This document shows positions 60,846 to 64,000 of a stretch of 64,000 nucleotides of DNA, piece by piece. A program made the translations under genes and the position numbers. How positions within the stretch are numbered: position 1 is the stretch's first letter; each line of letters begins with the position of its first letter. A model generated the notes under the pieces. The model searched no databases. It was not told the DNA's origin and saw only the letters and a list, made by a program, of their open reading frames with translations. The DNA lies in the NCBI GenBank assembly GCA_041741375.1, contig JBGSKF010000143.1, forward strand, positions 18,633-82,632, read 5' to 3'. The DNA is from Gemmatimonadales bacterium. Its GTDB lineage: Bacteria > Gemmatimonadota > Gemmatimonadetes > Gemmatimonadales > GWC2-71-9.

Positions 60846-61315
60846 CCCTGCAGATCGACTTCGCGGTCCTCGCCGACTATGCCCTGATCGACCAGCACGG
60901 GAAGCTGTCGGTTCTGGGGATGTTTCAGCACGTCTGGGTGGAGAGTTTCCCCGCAGTGCACGCCCGCACTCACCTGGTGCTCCGGGTCAGCGGGCGACGG
61001 ACCGAGATCGGGCAGCACCGCATCCGGATCCGGTTCCTGGACGACCAGGAGCAGGAGTTGCTGGGTGGTGAGGGCACCGTGCATTTCGGGGAGCCGCGGG
61101 CGGGAGTGACCGAGATCGAGGCGGGTGCGGTGCTGGTGTTCGACGTGCCGCTGCCCCGGGCGGGTCTCTACCATTTCCAGGTTGACCTGGGCCAGGCGAA
61201 GGCGCGGCGCATTCCGCTCTCCGTGTCCCAGGTGCAGCACGAGGGATCCAGCGGAGGAGGAGGCGAAGGGGGAGACGACGAGGAAGGTGATGCCCGTGAG
61301 GAGGGACCGTCATGA
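60842..61315 (+). CDS. hypothetical protein, probably CTG-initiated
   Basis: ORF 60920..61315 starts at MFQHV, but coding-looking sequence [26 protein letters not shown] precedes it in frame with no ATG/GTG/TTG. CTG 60842 overlaps the upstream TGA. Confidence 0.45.
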   Translation: MTLQIDFAVLADYALIDQHGKLSVLGMFQHVWVESFPAVHARTHLVLRVSGRRTEIGQHRIRIRFLDDQEQELLGGEGTVHFGEPRAGVTEIEAGAVLVFDVPLPRAGLYHFQVDLGQAKARRIPLSVSQVQHEGSSGGGGEGGDDEEGDAREEGPS

Positions 61316-61899
61316 CGGGGGAATGGACCCGGGACCGGGCCCTCGCGCTGATGCACGAGATGACGGAATCAGTGGCGCTACGACGCCACATGTACGGGGT
61401 GGAGATCGCGATGCGCGCCATGGCGTCGCGATACGGGGAGGATCCCGAGGCCTGGGGTGTGGTCGGGCTCCTGCACGATCACGACTACGAGCGGTTTCCC
61501 AACGCGGAGCGGGCCCCCGATCGGGAGCATCCGGCGGAAGGGGTCCGGCGCCTGGCTGAAGCGGGACTTCCCGAGCCGTGGTGCCGGGCGATCCTGGGGC
61601 ATGCGGCGTACACCGGGGTGCCGCGGGAGTCGCTGCTGGCCCGGGCCCTCTTTGCGGTGGATGAGCTCTCGGGGTTTCTGGTGGCCTGCGCCCTGGTCCG
61701 GCCCGACCGGAGCCTGGCGGGGCTCGAGGTCCGGAGCGTGGTGAAGAAACTCAAGGACAAGGGGTTTGCGCGCGGTGTGAGCCGTGAGGATGTGCGGACG
61801 GGGGCGGAGGAACTCGGGATGCCGCTGGAGGAGTTGATCGTCATAGTGCGGGATGCCCTGATCCCTCACGAGGCACTGCTGGGTCTCGGCGTGGTGTGA
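61312..61899 (+). CDS. HD-domain phosphohydrolase
   Basis: ORF 61312..61899. GLLHDHDYERF. ATGA overlap upstream and GTGA overlap downstream. Confidence 0.8.
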   Translation: MTGEWTRDRALALMHEMTESVALRRHMYGVEIAMRAMASRYGEDPEAWGVVGLLHDHDYERFPNAERAPDREHPAEGVRRLAEAGLPEPWCRAILGHAAYTGVPRESLLARALFAVDELSGFLVACALVRPDRSLAGLEVRSVVKKLKDKGFARGVSREDVRTGAEELGMPLEELIVIVRDALIPHEALLGLGVV

Positions 61900-63308
61900 C
61901 TCCGGTGCCCGTGCCCAGGCTTGCGTCCGATGGAGGGGATGCCCTGACGCGGGCGCTGGACCGGGCCGCCGGGTGCCGACCGATTCCCGGCAACGAGGTC
62001 ACCCCCCTGGTGGATGGTCCCGCCATCTTCGAGGCGGGGCTCGCGGCAATCGCGGGGGCCACCCGCTGGATCCATGTCGACAACTACATCTTCCGGGGAG
62101 ACCACACCGGCCGGAGGTTTGCCGAGGCGCTGGCCCGGCGGGCCCGGGACGGGGTGCGGGTCCGGCTTCTGGTCGATTGGCTCGGATCGTTCGGGACGCC
62201 AAACGCGTTCTGGACCCTGCTCCGGGCGGCGGGGATCGAGGTGCGGCACTTCGGTCCCCCGCGGCTCCTCGATCTGGCGCAGAACCTGACACGAAATCAC
62301 CGCAAACTGATCATCGCCGACGGGGTGGTCGCCCTGACGGGCGGCTTCTGCATCGGGGATGAATGGGCCGGGGACCCGCGCACCGGGACGCTGCCGTGGC
62401 GCGAGACCGGCGTGCTGGTACGAGGACCCGCGGCTGCCCAGCTCGACCAGGCCTTTGCCGGCCCCTGGCGCGCGACCGGAGGGAACATCCCGCCTCACGA
62501 AACCCCGGGGGACGTCCCCGCGTCCGGTTCGAGTGTGGTCCGGGTGGTGGCCGGGGAGCCGTGGCGACTCCGGGCCTTCCGCACCCTGGAACTCATGCTG
62601 GCCTTGAGTGCCCGGCGGATCTGGCTCACCGACGCCTATTTCGTGGCGCCGCGCCGGGTGCGTGACGCGCTCCATGCCGCCGCGCGCGAGGGTGTCGATG
62701 TCCGGATTCTGGTTCCGGGAGCGAGTGACCTCCCCGTGGTGCGCAATCTCACCCGCACGGGGTACCGGAGCCTGCTCCGGCACGGGGTCCGGGTGTTCGA
62801 GTGGCAGGGACCGATGCTGCATGCCAAATCGGTGGTGGTGGACGGGCGCTGGGTGCGGATCGGGTCGAGCAACGTGAACGCGTCGAGCTTTCTGGGGAAC
62901 TGGGAAATCGACGTCCTCATCGAGGACGGGCCCCTCGCCGAACAAATGGAACGACAGTTTCGTCGCGACCTTGACCAGAGTGCCGAAGTGGTGCGCCGCC
63001 CGCGCGGTCCGGAAACCCTGGGTCGGCTCCAGCCGGTGACGCTGTCGGTGGATGCCGTCGACCCGGACATCGTCCTCCGCCATCACCCCAGCGGGAGGGA
63101 ACGCCGCCGCCGGGCGCTGCAGACCCTCTGGTCCGTGGCGGCCGGGACCCGGTGGTCGATTCTGGTGCCGGCCAGTGTCACGGCCTTCGGGGTCGGGGCC
63201 CTCTTCTTCTTCCTGCCTCGCACCATGGCGGTGGTGTTCGGGGTGCTCTTTCTCTGGCTCGCTCTGGGGGCCGCTCTCGCCGCGATCCACCGGCCGGACG
63301 TCTCATGA
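61896..63308 (+). CDS. phospholipase D / cardiolipin-synthase-like protein with C-terminal TM helices
   Basis: ORF 61896..63308 (GTG). Two HKD motifs, NHRKLIIADG and LHAKSVVVDG. Confidence 0.85.
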   Translation: MTPVPVPRLASDGGDALTRALDRAAGCRPIPGNEVTPLVDGPAIFEAGLAAIAGATRWIHVDNYIFRGDHTGRRFAEALARRARDGVRVRLLVDWLGSFGTPNAFWTLLRAAGIEVRHFGPPRLLDLAQNLTRNHRKLIIADGVVALTGGFCIGDEWAGDPRTGTLPWRETGVLVRGPAAAQLDQAFAGPWRATGGNIPPHETPGDVPASGSSVVRVVAGEPWRLRAFRTLELMLALSARRIWLTDAYFVAPRRVRDALHAAAREGVDVRILVPGASDLPVVRNLTRTGYRSLLRHGVRVFEWQGPMLHAKSVVVDGRWVRIGSSNVNASSFLGNWEIDVLIEDGPLAEQMERQFRRDLDQSAEVVRRPRGPETLGRLQPVTLSVDAVDPDIVLRHHPSGRERRRRALQTLWSVAAGTRWSILVPASVTAFGVGALFFFLPRTMAVVFGVLFLWLALGAALAAIHRPDVS

Positions 63309-63880
63309 GTCAACATTCACCCCCGACCCCGCGTACTCCGGATGTGGACGAGGCGAGGGACGCGCGAGCAGCCGTGGCCGGGGATGGCGAGGCCTTCGGG
63401 CGGCTGGCGGAGCGGTACGGTCTCGCGGCTCGCCGGGTGGCCATGGCGGTCCTCCGGAACCAGGAGGAGGCGGACGACGCGGTGCAGGATGGCCTCCTGG
63501 CCGCATGGCGGGCGATCGACCGGTTTGATCCCGCCCGTCCCTTCCGGCCCTGGTTGATGCGGATCGTGTCCAACGCCGCCCTGGATGCGGTCCGGCGGAG
63601 GCAGGTGCGGCGCACGGAGGAGATTCCGCACGCCGTGGAGAGCCGGGATGTCCTGCCCGACCGGGCCGCCGATCACTCGCTGATCCGGGAAACCCTGGAT
63701 GCGGCGCTGGCGGAATTGCCGGAACGGCAGCGGATCGCGGTGGTGTTGTTCGATGTCGAGGGATATGGACATGCAGATATTGCGGAGGTACTGCAGGTGC
63801 CGGAAGGGACGGTGCGGTCATATGTGTTTCACGCCCGCCGAGCCCTTCGGAAAACCTTGGCTCCGTTCATGGAGGAATGA
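63305..63880 (+). CDS. ECF-type RNA polymerase sigma factor
   Basis: ORF 63152..63880 from ATG 63305. Region 2 DDAVQDGLLAAWRAIDRFD, region 4 IAEVLQVPEGTVRSYVFHARRAL. Confidence 0.9.
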   Translation: MSQHSPPTPRTPDVDEARDARAAVAGDGEAFGRLAERYGLAARRVAMAVLRNQEEADDAVQDGLLAAWRAIDRFDPARPFRPWLMRIVSNAALDAVRRRQVRRTEEIPHAVESRDVLPDRAADHSLIRETLDAALAELPERQRIAVVLFDVEGYGHADIAEVLQVPEGTVRSYVFHARRALRKTLAPFMEE

Positions 63881-64000
63881 TGAGCGACTCACCCTTTGAC
63901 GTGCGACCGGATGCGGCCCTCGGCGACCTGCTCCGGAAACATTTGACGGGTTCGGACGTCTCCCTGTTCCGGGAGCGGATGCTCCGAGCCCTTGCGGATG
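63877..64000 (+). CDS. probable anti-sigma factor (N-terminal fragment, runs off the right edge)
   Basis: ATGA overlap with the sigma factor stop. MMSDSPFDVRPDAALGDLLRKHL... Assigned by position only. Confidence 0.35.
   Translation, partial: MMSDSPFDVRPDAALGDLLRKHLTGSDVSLFRERMLRALAD

Noticed and set aside
1-64000. A search for tRNA, rRNA, tmRNA, integrase, transposase or prophage genes.
   Set aside because: No cloverleaf-like or rRNA-like sequence and no recombinase motifs were found by eye in any frame. tRNAscan, Infernal and an HMM search would be decisive.

Overview
GC-rich bacterial chromosomal fragment. The gene content (ADOP-type duplicated permease, CarboxypepD_reg/plug-like proteins, several six-bladed beta-propeller lipoproteins) suggests a Gemmatimonadota- or Acidobacteriota-like lineage, with low confidence. 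Antisense shadow ORFs are abundant, so calls rest on recognisable motifs, signal peptides, start/stop coupling and my own re-translation.

Layout:
- 1-15.8 kb: housekeeping genes. Rieske-GltS-like oxidoreductase, DUF4112, MBL hydrolase, SRPBCC, GDPD, Tat amidase, propeller lipoprotein, M42 peptidase, HEAT protein, a four-gene ECF transporter, M28-PDZ peptidase, GAF protein.
- 15.8-21.2 kb: AT-richer accessory patch of small secreted and membrane proteins, including a duplicated promoter plus signal-peptide cassette.
- 21.2-26.5 kb: a DUF433/DUF5615 toxin-antitoxin (TA) pair, two beta-propeller lipoproteins, and a tandemly duplicated RHH-PIN module.
- 26.6-34.9 kb: iminopeptidase-like hydrolase, then a gene-poor, frameshift-ridden accessory stretch.
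- 35.1-37.6 kb: ADOP permease.
- 37.9-56.3 kb: roughly 18 kb defence island. It holds a res remnant, a PRTase plus DprA-like (ShosTA-like) pair, type III R-M, an unknown protein plus PIN, an NYN pseudogene, a two-gene unknown module, an AAA ATPase plus RloB (AbiL-like), an HTH-PIN pair and a Fic plus SNF2 helicase pair.
- 56.4-64.0 kb: housekeeping genes. Alpha/beta hydrolase, PolX, Nth, cyclophilin, HD protein, PLD/cardiolipin-synthase-like protein, ECF sigma factor and a partial anti-sigma factor.

I saw no rRNA, tRNA, CRISPR array, integrase or transposase.

Two themes cut across the window. First, a family of 6-7 nt tandem arrays, mostly meeting the G-quadruplex consensus, sits at gene 3' ends and often supplies the stop codon. 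Second, frameshifts are confined to the accessory genes.

The best candidates for undescribed biology are the translationally coupled Fic-SNF2 pair, the large unknown protein plus PIN unit upstream of the R-M genes, the coupled two-gene unknown module, and the PRTase/DprA cassette bracketed by res 3' homology.
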